Notes: generated from the sequence alone by a model not told the origin. A DNA stretch of 64,000 nt from Macrostomum hystrix (GCA_950097015.1 CATNEN010000010.1:1488001-1552000); one strand, 5' to 3'. Positions 26,601 through 38,668 are shown, numbered from the stretch's first letter. Numbers and translations are program-made.

Positions 26601-27882
26601 GCTACATTTATCTTAGGCCTTTGCCAGGAGGCTGCACAACGGCATTTTATGTGTAAGAGCTGACTCATCTGATGGACAGCCGGCTACGCCGCCTTATGAT
26701 GTTCCGGTGCAGGTTCTACCATTGCAACCTCTACATGTGTGACTTCGGGATTGCTGGGTTGCTGACTGATTGCTGGCGCTTCTACACGGAGCTGACGGAG
26801 CTGGTGCAGAGTCTGGACCCACTTTCAACTGGAAGAGCTGCGTGTAGCCGACAAAGGACAATTCCCTTCAGTGGGCATGCTCCACAGAGCCTGTCATGTG
26901 ATCGGCACCGGCCGGCCATATCCGCGCTAGCTGAATGCTGCAGCGAGCTACCGGGGTTAAACAATCCGTGTTTGATGCTAGAAAGTGCCAAATCTTAACC
27001 GCAGTTTCTTGATGGTTAAAAACAGAAGCTTCAATTGATGCAGTTTATTAAGTTATTGCCGGAAATATTAAAGAAGTGTCTAAACGGGTTTGTCGGAATT
27101 CAACATTTCAACTTCGGTGAAAACTGAATCTGCCAAGACCAAAAGCTGTAGGAGTCAAATAAAATTTTTGGTTGCAGTTCAAAACTGAAAGCAAACAGTT
27201 GTAGCACCAAACATGTGTGGAATTACGACATTGTATAAGCTAGTGATGTTGGTACTCGTAGATGCTGTGAGTTTCGTCACGGAAAGCCAACAATAGAACC
27301 TGCGAGAAGTATCAAAACCCATGAGCTAGCTTTATTGACGCGCGCCCCACAAGCTAGCTCGTACATGCTTTTAGTGCATACAAAATCTCGCGAAACAAAC
27401 ACGAGAAAAGGCAAGTAATTAATTCTGCTTCAGCGTTCAATTGTTTGACATGTCGGTTTACACAAAACACACGGAAAAGTCATTAAAAATGGTTTGCCTA
27501 TGCGCTTCACTCTTCTATGCTTTCTCAGATGCCAGCACTTCGTAATAGAAGTAGCAGCCAATCTCGCAGAATTAGTGGACGATGGCGATTTTTTCAGTGA
27601 AATGGCTTGATGAAAAATCGTAGGTCAAACGTATGGGAGTTGACTCAGCTAGAGAGCTTGTCAGTCCGGATGTTTAATTAACGTGAGAATTCCACATTTG
27701 CCGCCATCGCAAATGCAAACACTGATCTGTCAATAGCTGCAATTGGAAGAGTGGCCTAGTTAAACGGATGCAAGGGCAAATATAATTAGGGGTAAAAATA
27801 GGGTCGCCCTTAAGACCACAAAGCAATCGCATATATTTCGCAGTCCAGTACGCGGCATTCTTTATTCCATCCCGCAGCCGCC

Positions 27883-30800
27883 ATGGTCCTCATCCTGATC
27901 TTGGTTGCCCTTCTGTGCCCCAGTGCAGAGGCTGAAAAGTTTGCATCATCATCTCCGGACGAAGCTGTCTTGAATGCTTTGAAGCTGTCGACTACCTACA
28001 ATAGTGCAGTGAGGCCTCCACCAGACCATGGCCAGGCCAACACAATCAATGTCTACGTCTACCTGAACACTCTGGTCAAAGTGGTAAAATGCCAAGTGCT
28101 ACCTATGAAGTTTTAGCTCTTCTCACTTCTGAAATTGGCAGAGTTATAATATAGCTTCTTTTATATTTTAGCCATACTTTTGCTCTGGAAATATTATAAC
28201 GGTGACATTCTAAATAGTCTTATACGACTTATGCGAGCGAATGCTAGTGCTGGGGAATCTGCCAAGATATTTTGCCTTTAGATGCTCATGTACGAGTACT
28301 TTAAGCTGAGCAGCCACATGAACCAAATGAGTATAGTAAAATTAATACGGCATCTGGATACGAAGAAATGAGCGGAAGTGAGAAAGGGTTAATATATTCT
28401 CTAGCGTATAAGATAAATTCTAGTCGTCTCATTGTCTCATGGTGACTGCTAGATGACTTATGGATCAATCAGCATGGGATAAAGCCGCTAAAATACCTAC
28501 GCATGTCATTTTATAGGACTCGACCGCCCAGGAACTAAGACTGAAAGTTTGGATGCTCGTGGTAAGCTTGTGAATTCAGTAATGCCAAATTTTAGTAATA
28601 TAGAGAAATTTTGTAACCATCATATTGCCCACCGTTGTAAGCATTCAGTAAAGTTTCCTTTGTTTGTGGAAAATATTACGACTCTTACATGTACAACATA
28701 CAACATTCTCAAACACGCTTTTAGGGCACTGTGCACTTAGTTTAGGTTTGCTTAGTGCAGCACTAAGCAAATAGTGCCCTAAGAGCGTGCTTCACCGTCG
28801 ACATCACAGGACAGAAGTTCTGTGTTCTACATAGTGTTGGTTTTGGGAAGTGGAAAGAACTCCCATCCGGTTTTAGTGAGTATCAGCCTTTAGCTCAACT
28901 CTGCAGAAACATGGTATTACGTCTCGCTTTTCTTTCCCGTTTACATTATCCGACTCTTTAAGCCAAAAGAATATTAGTTGAAGGCTAATAAATTAAATTA
29001 AAGTCTTCCACAGTACAAGTATGAGCACTGCTAGGTCAATACAGCTCGATGATTTTTTCGCATGAACTTCCCATGCTGCATCTAAAAAATGGCCAAATCA
29101 ATTGTCATTTTAGCACTGGATGGACAGTCGCCTGGCTTGGAAAGGCAAATTCAACCGCAGCCTGGATAACATCAGCGCCATCGGGCTTCCAGCTAGCCTG
29201 CTATGGCAGCCGGATGCCTCCTTCTACGATGTGTGAGAGTCGAATTCATTGCTTCTTGATTCCTAGCGCTGTCACGCCGAGATAGGGCCCGTGGCGAAGT
29301 TGTCCCGCAGCCAGAGTGAAGCAGATTTTTACTGATTGATGAATTCAGAGTTAACATCAGACTGATCTCTCCTGACTTTCTCATTTTAAATGTCTCACCG
29401 AAATTGTAGCCCTATAAGTGCGAAGTCGTGTCGTCGGGGTTAGGCTCGAAATTAATGCGACATCATGAATTAAAACCGATCCGCAGTGAGATACTTCACC
29501 GCGCTTTTACTTCAAAATAAACTTCAGGGTTGAGCTCACTGACCAGACAGAAGGCAAGGCGACATTCACAGTGATGTCCTCAGGGCTGGTACTCAAGAGC
29601 ACTGGCATATCACTAACGACAAAGTGCGGTTTGCAGATGCAGCGCTTTCCCTTCGACACACAGGACTGCACCGTGAGGGTCTCCACACTCCAGCAACTGA
29701 CAGGTGCCACTCAGCTCCAGATAAAGTCGTTAGTGGAAGGTGACTCACCTGAGAGGTATATTATAAAAAGTAGCGAGTTCTGCATTCAGTGGGCGAAGAT
29801 TGAGAGCGGAAATTTCGGGGATTACAACGCGGTTCTTTTAAGGATAGGCTTTCAGGTGAGTCTTTGATTTTGAGATACTTGTAGAGCTACGAGTACATAC
29901 GAGCTATAAATTCGATACGAAATTGACTTATAAACAGTAGTTTCTTTACGATCCACTTTCCCAGAGAATACCAACCTTCTACGTGGTGAACCTGATGCTG
30001 CCGAGCTTCCTCCTTCTCGCCATCTCCGTCATCGCCTTTTTAATGCCACCTGAGTGCGGTGAGAGAATCTCCTACAGCATCACCATCGTGCTGTCAATGT
30101 GCGTGTTCCTACAGCTGGCTGGAAACTACACGCCAACGCAGAGCGAGTCCGTGCCTCTGATCAGTGAGCTAAAATAGAAATATTGAGTAATATAATCGTA
30201 ATAATGACATTTCATTTGGGGCTCTGAGCACTGGTGAATTAACTGACGACAGTCGACCCGACGCCAGACCCCTACTTTCAAACACTGATGTACGAAGACA
30301 GTGAGGAGGCAATTCCGCCCAGACTACTGAGCATACGCTGGCTGACGTACCAGATCTTCCCCCTGACTTTCCCATCGTCAGGCAGTGTTGTGTAAACTCT
30401 AATTTTTATTGGGGTTTGGCATCGGCATAAATTGCCTGACAGGCCCACGCCTTCTCAGCGCAGTTGCGTCCCAAATAAATGCAGCCTCGCCACAGATTCG
30501 GACTGTAGTGAAAGAGTGAAACGCGTTATCGCTCCGCAAATTTCCCCGACATTATGTATATAGTGAGACCTACAAAACACAATTCACTTCTGTTAAGATT
30601 ATTTTCCTCAATAACTCATGCAGCTTGGTACTTCAGTGCGGCTGTGGTGCTAACAATCGCAAACGTTCTCTGCAACGCATTCACCCTTAGCTGTCACTTC
30701 CAACAGCACAGCAGCCAGCGCGTCAGCAGTCGGTTTATCCGCGCAATCTTTCTCAACAGGTTTGTGATTAAGAAAGCCACACGGATTTCTGCCACATGTT

Positions 30801-30994
30801 CCGAGATTGTAGGATCACAATCATCCGATTCGAGCTCTGCGACCAATATTCGCGACACTGAATGGACTGTCGTCAGCGCTTCTGCGGACAGAATGTTCTT
30901 CATAGCTTTCAGCTTTGCTGCATTGGCGATGATGTTCGTGCCAGTTGCAATATATCTGATGTTCATGAATATGCAGTGCTTGGGCATGAACTGA
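27883..30994 (+). CDS. nAChR-like Cys-loop subunit (copy H), intact, ~420 aa
   Basis: Exons 27883-28083, 28517-28561, 29114-29232, 29528-29855, 29965-30163, 30624-30994. Cys-loop CGLQMQRFPFDTQDC; M2 GERISYSITIVLSMCVFLQL. Confidence 0.93.
30285..30545 (-). mobile_element. Diverged SINE copy in intron 5 of copy H
   Basis: Reverse strand has CCTGACGATGGGAAA, GAATTGCCTCCTCAC and TGTCAGGCAATTTATGCC blocks plus a degenerate A/B-box-like head. Confidence 0.6.
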
Positions 30995-31382
30995 ACAGGA
31001 AAGCAACTGTGTCTGATTGAGCAATGTAAATCCGAACACCTAATAATCTAGCAACAAGTTTCAAATCTCGCGGAATTCCGATGCTTAGAGTCTGGTGTTA
31101 GTAAATTCACAATTATATACTTGCGCATCTTACAATGTGCGTACTGTTTAAAATAAATCGACAATAAACTCGCATCAAAATAGACAAAATCATATCGAGA
31201 TTGCAAGCAGCACAGCAGCCGTTGGGCGCAAGACACTAGCACAAATTCTCGTCTTAACATTCTGAACGCGATGGAAGTGTCATGGAAGCCATGGAAGATG
31301 TATAAAACTTGAAGGCTTTAATACACGATTCTGCATATCTCAGTCAATTGAAAAGTCGGGTAAACAATTGATTCAAGAAATA

Positions 31383-32625
31383 CGAGGGTTGCTCAATAAG
31401 TTTCCGGAAAAAACATAGGCATTATTTTTAGGAGCTTTTTTAGGAAATGATCGGGGAATATGTTGAGACAGTATGCCTAAAATTTCAGCTCGCAGCATTT
31501 CCATGTTAACTCGAAAGAAAGCCCAGACTGACGAGAACCAGGATCCACCTCCAAGCCTGACCCGGCGTGACAAGAGAGCCATGCTGCTGCTGCTTTTCCG
31601 CCTGGGAAATTCTCCATCCCAGTGCCTGCAGATGCTTCAAACGGCGCTTGGAAGTGAAGCCCCAGGCCAGAGCGTTGTGTACGAGTGGCACGCTCGTTTT
31701 CGGACTGGTGCATTCGGTCTTGACGACGATCCGCCTGAAGGACGTCCGAATTCAGCCATCACGCCTACAACTGTGGCTGCCACCAGGCGTCTGCTTGACG
31801 AAGACAGACGTGTGACCACTCGTGAGCTCGTGCAGAATGTGGGGGTGTCAGATGGCATTATGAATTCCATTCTGCACGATCGACTTGGCGTACGCAAGCT
31901 GTGCGCCAGATGGGTACCCCATCAGCTAACTGCCGAGCACAGGGCAGCCCGAGTCTGTTTCTGCCAGTCTGCGCTGCGTCAGTTCAATGCAGGAGCCTCA
32001 CCGCTGGTGTCCAACGTGCTAACAGGTGACGAAACCTGGATCTACTTTTACGATCCAGAAACTAAAGCTCAGAGCCGGCAATGGGTTGCTGATGGTGAAG
32101 AAGTGCCGGTGAAATTCGCACGAGAACGCAAAAGTGATAGTCGGGAAAGTGATAGTCGCAGTTTTCTTCCGTCGCTGTGGGATTCTGCCGCATGTGGTTC
32201 TGGACAAGAGTGCCACAGTGACGGCAGAGTGATACACAACCAGATGCCTCACTGAAGTGCTGCGATCGCTTCAAGAACAGCGGCCAAAGACCAGAGATCG
32301 GCACATCATCCAGCACCACGATAACGCACCGGCACACAAGGCCCGAGTGACGTCAGAGTTTTTGTCGGCGACAAACCTGACGCTGCTGCCGCATCCGCCG
32401 TATTCACCTGATCTGGCGCCTTGCGATTTCTTCCTCTTCCTCTTCCTCCTCTTTTCCTCTTTCAAGCGGAATTTGAAAGGGAGGCGTTTTGACACCCAGG
32501 AGGAGCTGCTGAATGCGATGGAAGGCGAATTGGCGAAAATCAACAGAGACCATTTGGGGGCATGTTTTTCTGCGTGGTTTAACAGGATGAAAAAGTGCTT
32601 GGATTGCGATGGCGGATATTTGCAT
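31383..32625 (+). mobile_element. Mariner (DD34D) transposon, frameshifted and 3'-truncated
   Basis: TA-CGAGGGTTGCTCAATAAG left end. Transposase motifs WVPHQL, TGDETW, HHDNAPAH, PHPPYSPDLAPCDF. A duplicated GAAAGTGATAGTCG (~32130-32160) shifts the frame. No right TIR found. Confidence 0.9.
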
Positions 32626-34382
32626 CTGAGACGCAACAAGCCAAAATAGATGTTGAGCCTTGGATGTTCCGATTCCACGCGCTGCTGTGGAAGCTTGAGC
32701 TGTTGAACTGCGGATTCTGTTGAACGCTTCGCGTTCCGCCACTGATTCACTTAACATGAAGGCCATAAGTCAAAGCGCATGCTGAATAGCACCGTAAATG
32801 GGTGTAGAAAGGTAGATGATCCTAACCTAAGTTCAGCTAATTGAGTGTCCTTCTGAGGCCTGACACTGCGCAGTCAGGTGGCACTCTGCTAGCAGTCGCG
32901 CTTTTATGCTCTGACTCTTCCAGGCGAAAAGATTATTCCCGAAAAGAACTCCCTAATAGCAAAAAATTAACTCGCGGGCGAAAATGGATCGATTTATTTT
33001 GTCGCAGTTTTGACAGGTGACATTTTTACTACTGCGATTAGAAAAGGAACACTAATTACTATATCAAATACTTATTTTATTTTATACCCCGTATGTTTAT
33101 TTGTTGCGTCCATACGCTCGAATCAATATAAGAATCTGTAAGTTCCAGTATCGTGAAATTTTCTCGATGCATTATGCTTGCGAGTGCATTGAGCTAATGA
33201 GAAAGCTAATTTGAAAACGAAAAATGATGGACGGACAAACCCTTAGTTCGAATCGCGATCTCTATTTTATTACGAACCAAGTCTTTAACTAAAGTAATTA
33301 CGAAAATATCTTTCCTTGCCTTGTTCCCCCCTATGAAGATAGGGGAGTCATTTAACCAGCTAAAAATGTAAAAAAAGAAAAAAAGAAGAAAACGGAATCC
33401 TGTTCCTACCTACTGGACCACTGGCGCCCAGCAAATATTGCATGAGATCTTTACGCCATTGTTTGACTCGAGGCTTCAATCTGACTGTTCTTTTCCTTTT
33501 ACGTACAAGTACTGCATCGTTAGCCTGCGAAGTTCAATTGTTTTAATTTAGTTTGCGTAATTTAGCGTGATATATGCGTCCTGTTTCCATATGGCTGTAG
33601 TAGCTCGAAAACTTTTTCTTTAGCCTCGATGCTCGGCCATCGCTGTAAGTGATCGCTTAGTGTCGCGTCACTGATGCGAACTTAGTACAGGGAGCTGTAC
33701 GAAATATACTGGCCCACTGACCCTTGTGCGTCATCGTCAAGTGCTCACTTATAGCACAAATATTCACAAGCTTCTCAAACCTCAATTGTGCGTTGTCGCC
33801 AAACAAATACACAACAGCTCGTCCCCGTCCTCTACATCAAGAGTATATTATATATTATATTTTAGTAGTTTATTTCACGAACTGTAAAACAGTCCTCGTA
33901 ATAAACAGTGCTTCTGTGTGCATAATCGTGTAAACTTCGTCCTCGCGAATCGAACAGTGTAGGGTTTAGTCAACCATTGCGATAAAAACCATCGCTTCTC
34001 TGTGTCGCCTCGCTGGACTCCGAAGCGCATATTGAAGCCCATTGTCAGGGTGTTATCAACCACTTCGATAAAGACCATGGCAGCGAGAGTTGCCCTGTAG
34101 GACTCCGGAGCTTATAAGAAGCCTGTCATTGTTTTGAAAAATGTGCAGGTGTCAGACTAGATGTCCAACGCCGCCGTGATCAGCAGAGTTGGCACGGCGT
34201 ATTGATTGAGTAGCCACGTGATGGTGAAGCCAGCCGCTGTGCGGACGGTTGACGAGCACGGATTTTCAACATCAGACCAAGGGGATCCTGTGCTACCTCT
34301 TGAAGTTCCCGCTGTTGCTCAATTATTTGACAGACTTCGTGGAATAAGTTTATGGATTTACGAGCTACTTTCCTCGATACCA

Positions 34383-34715
34383 GGGTTGAGTGGCTGAGCG
34401 GTCTAAAGCGTTTTCTTCTCGCACCAAGGTCTCTGAGCTCGACTCCACGGCGACGTCACATTAAATTTGGGTTCAGCCGCTGAGAGAAGGCTTGGGGACT
34501 TGTCGTGCAATTTCCGCCCATGAGGGCCGACCTCTAAGGCACAGAGAGGGTGTACACTGCCTGACGATGAGAAAGCCGCGGCAGATGCACGTACACATCT
34601 TTATGTGCGCGCCTGTGTATGGTATCTGTGTGCGTGTGTGCTCAGGAGTCAGCGAACGAGCAGAATTGCCCCCTCGCTGGCGGCGGGTCTAGTGTCACCA
34701 AATGATGTGCCTTTG
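34383..34715 (+). mobile_element. tRNA-derived SINE, most complete copy in the window
   Basis: Head GAGTGGCTGAGCGGTCTAAAGCG (tRNA Ser/Leu-like A box) and GAGCTCGACTCC (B-box-like), followed by body blocks shared with six other copies. Confidence 0.75.
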
Positions 34716-35522
34716 CACGAAGCCCCCTGTAACAATTCATACTACGAGTATTTTTATTATTATCGTTATTATCAAACACCAACCTGCGAATATTTATCTA
34801 GTAATATTTACATCCTCATTATACCCCGACTTTCAAACACAAAGTAGCATTGTAGAGCAATCATAACAATAACTCTAGTGGTTCTGGTATTTTATAACCT
34901 TTTAATTTCGCTTGTTGAAGCAAAATTTGTGCAATTGAATGAGACGAAATCGTTTTCCCCGTGGTCTCCGTCAACCGGTTGGCTGATTCTGTCAACCGTG
35001 TTAGTGAGAACCACTAGCAATGCTGGTAGACTGCTTGCCAACGATTCGGCGCTTTGCAAACAAGCAGGAGTTCTCGTCTGAGTTCGAGCTAGAATTCGCT
35101 CAGAATTGTCTGTCAAAATTACCGGTCTATCCGGAACACCCACTCGAAGAGCATGGTTAGCATATCGAGTATAGCATGAGCATGAGCAATATAGCTCGTA
35201 TATTATAGTTTATTCAAAGCAGCTTGGCTGCAAATAACGAATTGTACAACTTATAGAACTAGGCTGTTAGCAAAAGATTCTATTCTCGTAGATGTACAGT
35301 ACGTAGTCACCTGGCAGACAGATGTCCACAACTGTGACACTTTTAAATTGAGAATCAATGAGAAATTTATACTTTTCAAAGCAGCGTATCAGAGATCCGG
35401 TCTATGGAGTGAGCTGTTTTGGTGCAAAAAATTCAATTCAGGCTGGTGTTCGCTTCTCGACGAAAGCTTTGTTGAAAAGTTACTTATTGCCTAGAAGTAA
35501 AGCAATACTGAGCATGCCGGGG

Positions 35523-37151
35523 CTATCGGAACAGCAGTTGCTTGTCTAGACTGTGCTGGACCTCAGTCAGCAGCGTTGGCTCCACGCAGCCGTCAGCTTG
35601 GCTAGACATCGAAATAGAAGCGGCATGGAGACGCTCCCCGGCGCTGAGGAACAACCGACCGAAGTCGGCGTGCTCGGCCTCGGTGTCCAGTGCGCGACGC
35701 AGGCGCCGTAAAAATTCTGTGAGGCGACCGCAGCTGCCAGAATTGCTGACGCAGGCATAGGCCAGTAGACAGTCGGGCTGGCTGGGCTCCGGTCTCGTCG
35801 GGCCGGGCCCTCGGCTGCGCGACGCTGCCGCCAGCAGAAACAAGAAGAGCTTCGGCTTGCCGGCCAAACTGGGGCAGGCGGCAGGCGAGAAGCAGTCCAC
35901 CAGCTGGCCGATGTCAGTCGGTCGGCCGTCGAAACCGACGACGCCGCCGCCGAGGCCGTAGCCAATAAATGCGAACACGAGCAGGTCAGCGGCGGAGTGA
36001 TCGGCAGAAGCGAGACGCTGCGCACGGACCAGAAGGTCACCACCGGTGAGACCAACCGCGGGCCGGATTAGTAGCCGGAGGTCGCTAAAAGTGTCGGTAA
36101 GGAGCGCGAGTCGCTCATCGGCTCCGTTCAGGGCAGGAAAGTCGAATTCGTGCGCAAATCGGGCGCAGTTCGCTAGCAGACAGATGCCACGCGGCCGCGC
36201 TGCACTTGGGTAGATTCCAGATGGCAGCGCCGAGCGCGGTCGGCAAGGCGCTAATGAATTCATTCTCCGTGTTGACTGCCGGCGCAATGTCAATGCTTGC
36301 TTGGAAGCGGCCGCTGCAGCTGCTGTGGTGGCTGTACTGGACCGTCGACGCTCAGAAATTCGGCGACTTAAAAAAATGGGGCGTTATTTGTTGACCTCTC
36401 GTTGTGTCGTGCTACTGTAGGTGAAGGCAAAAGCTACTAACCTTCGCAGAAGAGTCTCAAGACACACAAGCAGCTCCGGACGGCCCCTGGCCAGGGCGAG
36501 CGCGGTGCCCTCCTCGGACACGTGCTCGAGGTCGGCGCCGCGCTCCGCCAGCATCTCAATCAGTTTCGGTTGGCCCCCAACAGAAACTGCTAGCGTTAGC
36601 GGAGTGTGCCGACCGTGGAGTTCGCAGCTGACGGGATCAATATCGGCACCAACCTCCAGGAGGCGCTGCGCGATGGAGACTCGACCGAAGGTGCAGCACA
36701 GATGCAGCGGCGCCAGACCGTCACCGTTGCGCCGGTCCGGATCGGCACCGGCCTCCAGCAGCAGCGCCGCTGAGGCCTCGTCATCATTCTCAATGCACCA
36801 GAAGAGTGCAGAGTAGCCAGCCGAGCTGAAGGCGTTAAGCCGAGCGCCCGACTCGGCGAGCAGGCGTAGGACGCCGCGACTTCGCTGCTGCGCCGCCAGC
36901 AGGGCAGCCGTGCAGCCAAGCTCGCGGTCGCGTACATCCAGCGCGGCGCCGTGAGCAATGAGAAGCCGCGCCGCCTCCAACTGGTCGGTCATGGCGGCTG
37001 CCATCAGGGCGGTCCGGTGAAATTCGCGCCGAGTGGCGCTGTCAACATCCAGCCCGGCGTCGAGCTGAAGTCGCATAGTGGCAAGATCACCGCGTCCAGC
37101 AGCCAGGTAGAATTCATCCACTTCGTCTGCACTGAACTGGCGTGAAGGCAT
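35523..37151 (-). CDS. Ankyrin-repeat/pseudo-caspase fusion, ~517 aa, catalytic His and Cys lost
   Basis: Exon 37151-36442 (ankyrin repeats HRTALMAAA, GCTAALLAA, GYSALFWCI, GLAPLHLCC, RHTPLTLAV) splices via a 75-nt GT-AG intron (36441-36367, phase 2) to exon 36366-35523. That exon has a caspase-fold pattern: PRGICLLAN, ADHSAADLLVFAFIGYG, CPSLAGKPKLFLFLLAA, SLDKQLLF. The 5' end could extend further. Confidence 0.85.
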
Positions 37152-38668
37152 GCTGCTGAGAACCTCTCCTAAATTCGGTTGCAATTTAAATCTCGAGTTA
37201 CTTTTGCTTTCGCGAATTCAAGAAACGATGGAGCTGTTCGCAATTGGTTTCCGCCAAGCAAGATTCGCTCAATGCATGTAGCACTGACTTGTTGAGGTAC
37301 AATGATTACAAGATTACATGCACAGTTCAGTGAGCTCACCTAGCCGACCAGTCGCGAATGCGGTTGCCCAGAATGTGTTAGAGCTACGTCGCCTCTTTTA
37401 TGCGAATTCTGTTCACTTGACAGTCAACAAGTTGTAGAGCTTATTTATAGCAAGTAAAGCTTGGTGTCTATTACACACAGCAATTCAGTCTAGAAGCAAC
37501 GCGCAAGCTTATTGAGTTCAGATATGCGAGTTTTCTCACAGAAAAAAGCTCTATAACCCAGTTGGCCTGTCTAGAAATGGCAGTTAATGCGTGGCGGTGA
37601 AGTGATTCTGTCTCGCCCTGAATAGACTGCCAACTGCACAGACGGTCCAAACTAACAGAAGCAGTTGATACAGAATACACGACGGAGAGAGCTCAGAATT
37701 AGATTTGAGCATACATCTGATTCATAGCACAGAACAATAGAGAAACAAGTAAACCTGTCAGGTGGGTTGCGACAGGACCTGGAGAGCCTGCTCATGGCAG
37801 AGGGCCGATGCTTATCTACGTTGCTAGCTCAGAATTGGGCGCTGTTAAAGCTTTGCTTTGCAGATTACTGAGTTCATCTTTGCAGAGCAGAGACCCTTGA
37901 CCAAAAAATAAATTGGCCACCCCGAGGGCCGCTTCGTTTAGCCTCGCGGGATGAAGAGAAGATGCAAAATCTGGTTGAGAACCGTAACAACACTAACAAA
38001 CGACCCACTTAGGGTCCCCATTGTATCAAAAGCTTTGACAAATTACGGTTTCTGTCATCATCTCTCGCTAGTACAATCATCTAAGCAAGGGAATGCTGCA
38101 AATTTAACCTGGGTTAGTAAAGTGAATATTAATAAAGCAACATCAACTGGACATCAACTGAAAATACTACTATTAACTCATTGCCGTCCGATGACACAAT
38201 GGAGAGGCTTGTCGACCATTCCGCAAATCCCAAAAAAATGCGCAAGTAGCCATGGCGCGGTGCCGTTCAGGGAGGTCTGTTGATCCTTATTTCAGTTGGG
38301 AAGGAGGGAGGGGCTCGTTTGTTGGCCCGTAGGAACAGCAGCGAACTGTTTCCAGTCGAATAAGATGCCGCACAGATAACCTGCTAGGAATGGCCTCTAA
38401 AAAACTTAGAACTATGTGCTATTCTACGCATTTTTATACGTCTAACATTAGCGAAATTCTAAAATAGTAACTCGAGAAGGAGAGCTGGTACAATTTTGAT
38501 CCACAGACAAAAGCCAGCGGTCAGCCAAGAATGAAGGCTCTCGTGAGCAGGCTATTCTGACGTCTGATTTATTTTACTTCATGAGAAGATTGAGAACACA
38601 GCGCAGTGCTCGTCATAAACCAACAGACAAATCTAATTGGCCAGTTGAACAGTTGCTTTAAAGACGCC

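Noticed and set aside
429-30994. Assigning CHRNA/CHRNB gene symbols to the channel genes
   Set aside because: No vicinal cysteines or loop B Trp and no evidence of one-to-one orthology; a lineage-specific expansion is more likely.
32404-32766. 120-codon minus-strand ORF abutting the truncated mariner
   Set aside because: More than half is antisense mariner sequence, and the rest has no recognisable motif.
34383-34460. Possible tRNA gene
   Set aside because: An A-box-like head is present but there is no complete cloverleaf, and it continues into a dispersed repeat body, so it was called a SINE.
34560-34585. CTGACGA-TGA-GAAA resembles a hammerhead ribozyme core, conserved in several SINE copies
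   Set aside because: Only 3 nt separate the two core halves, too few for stem II, and no stem III/NUH site follows consistently.
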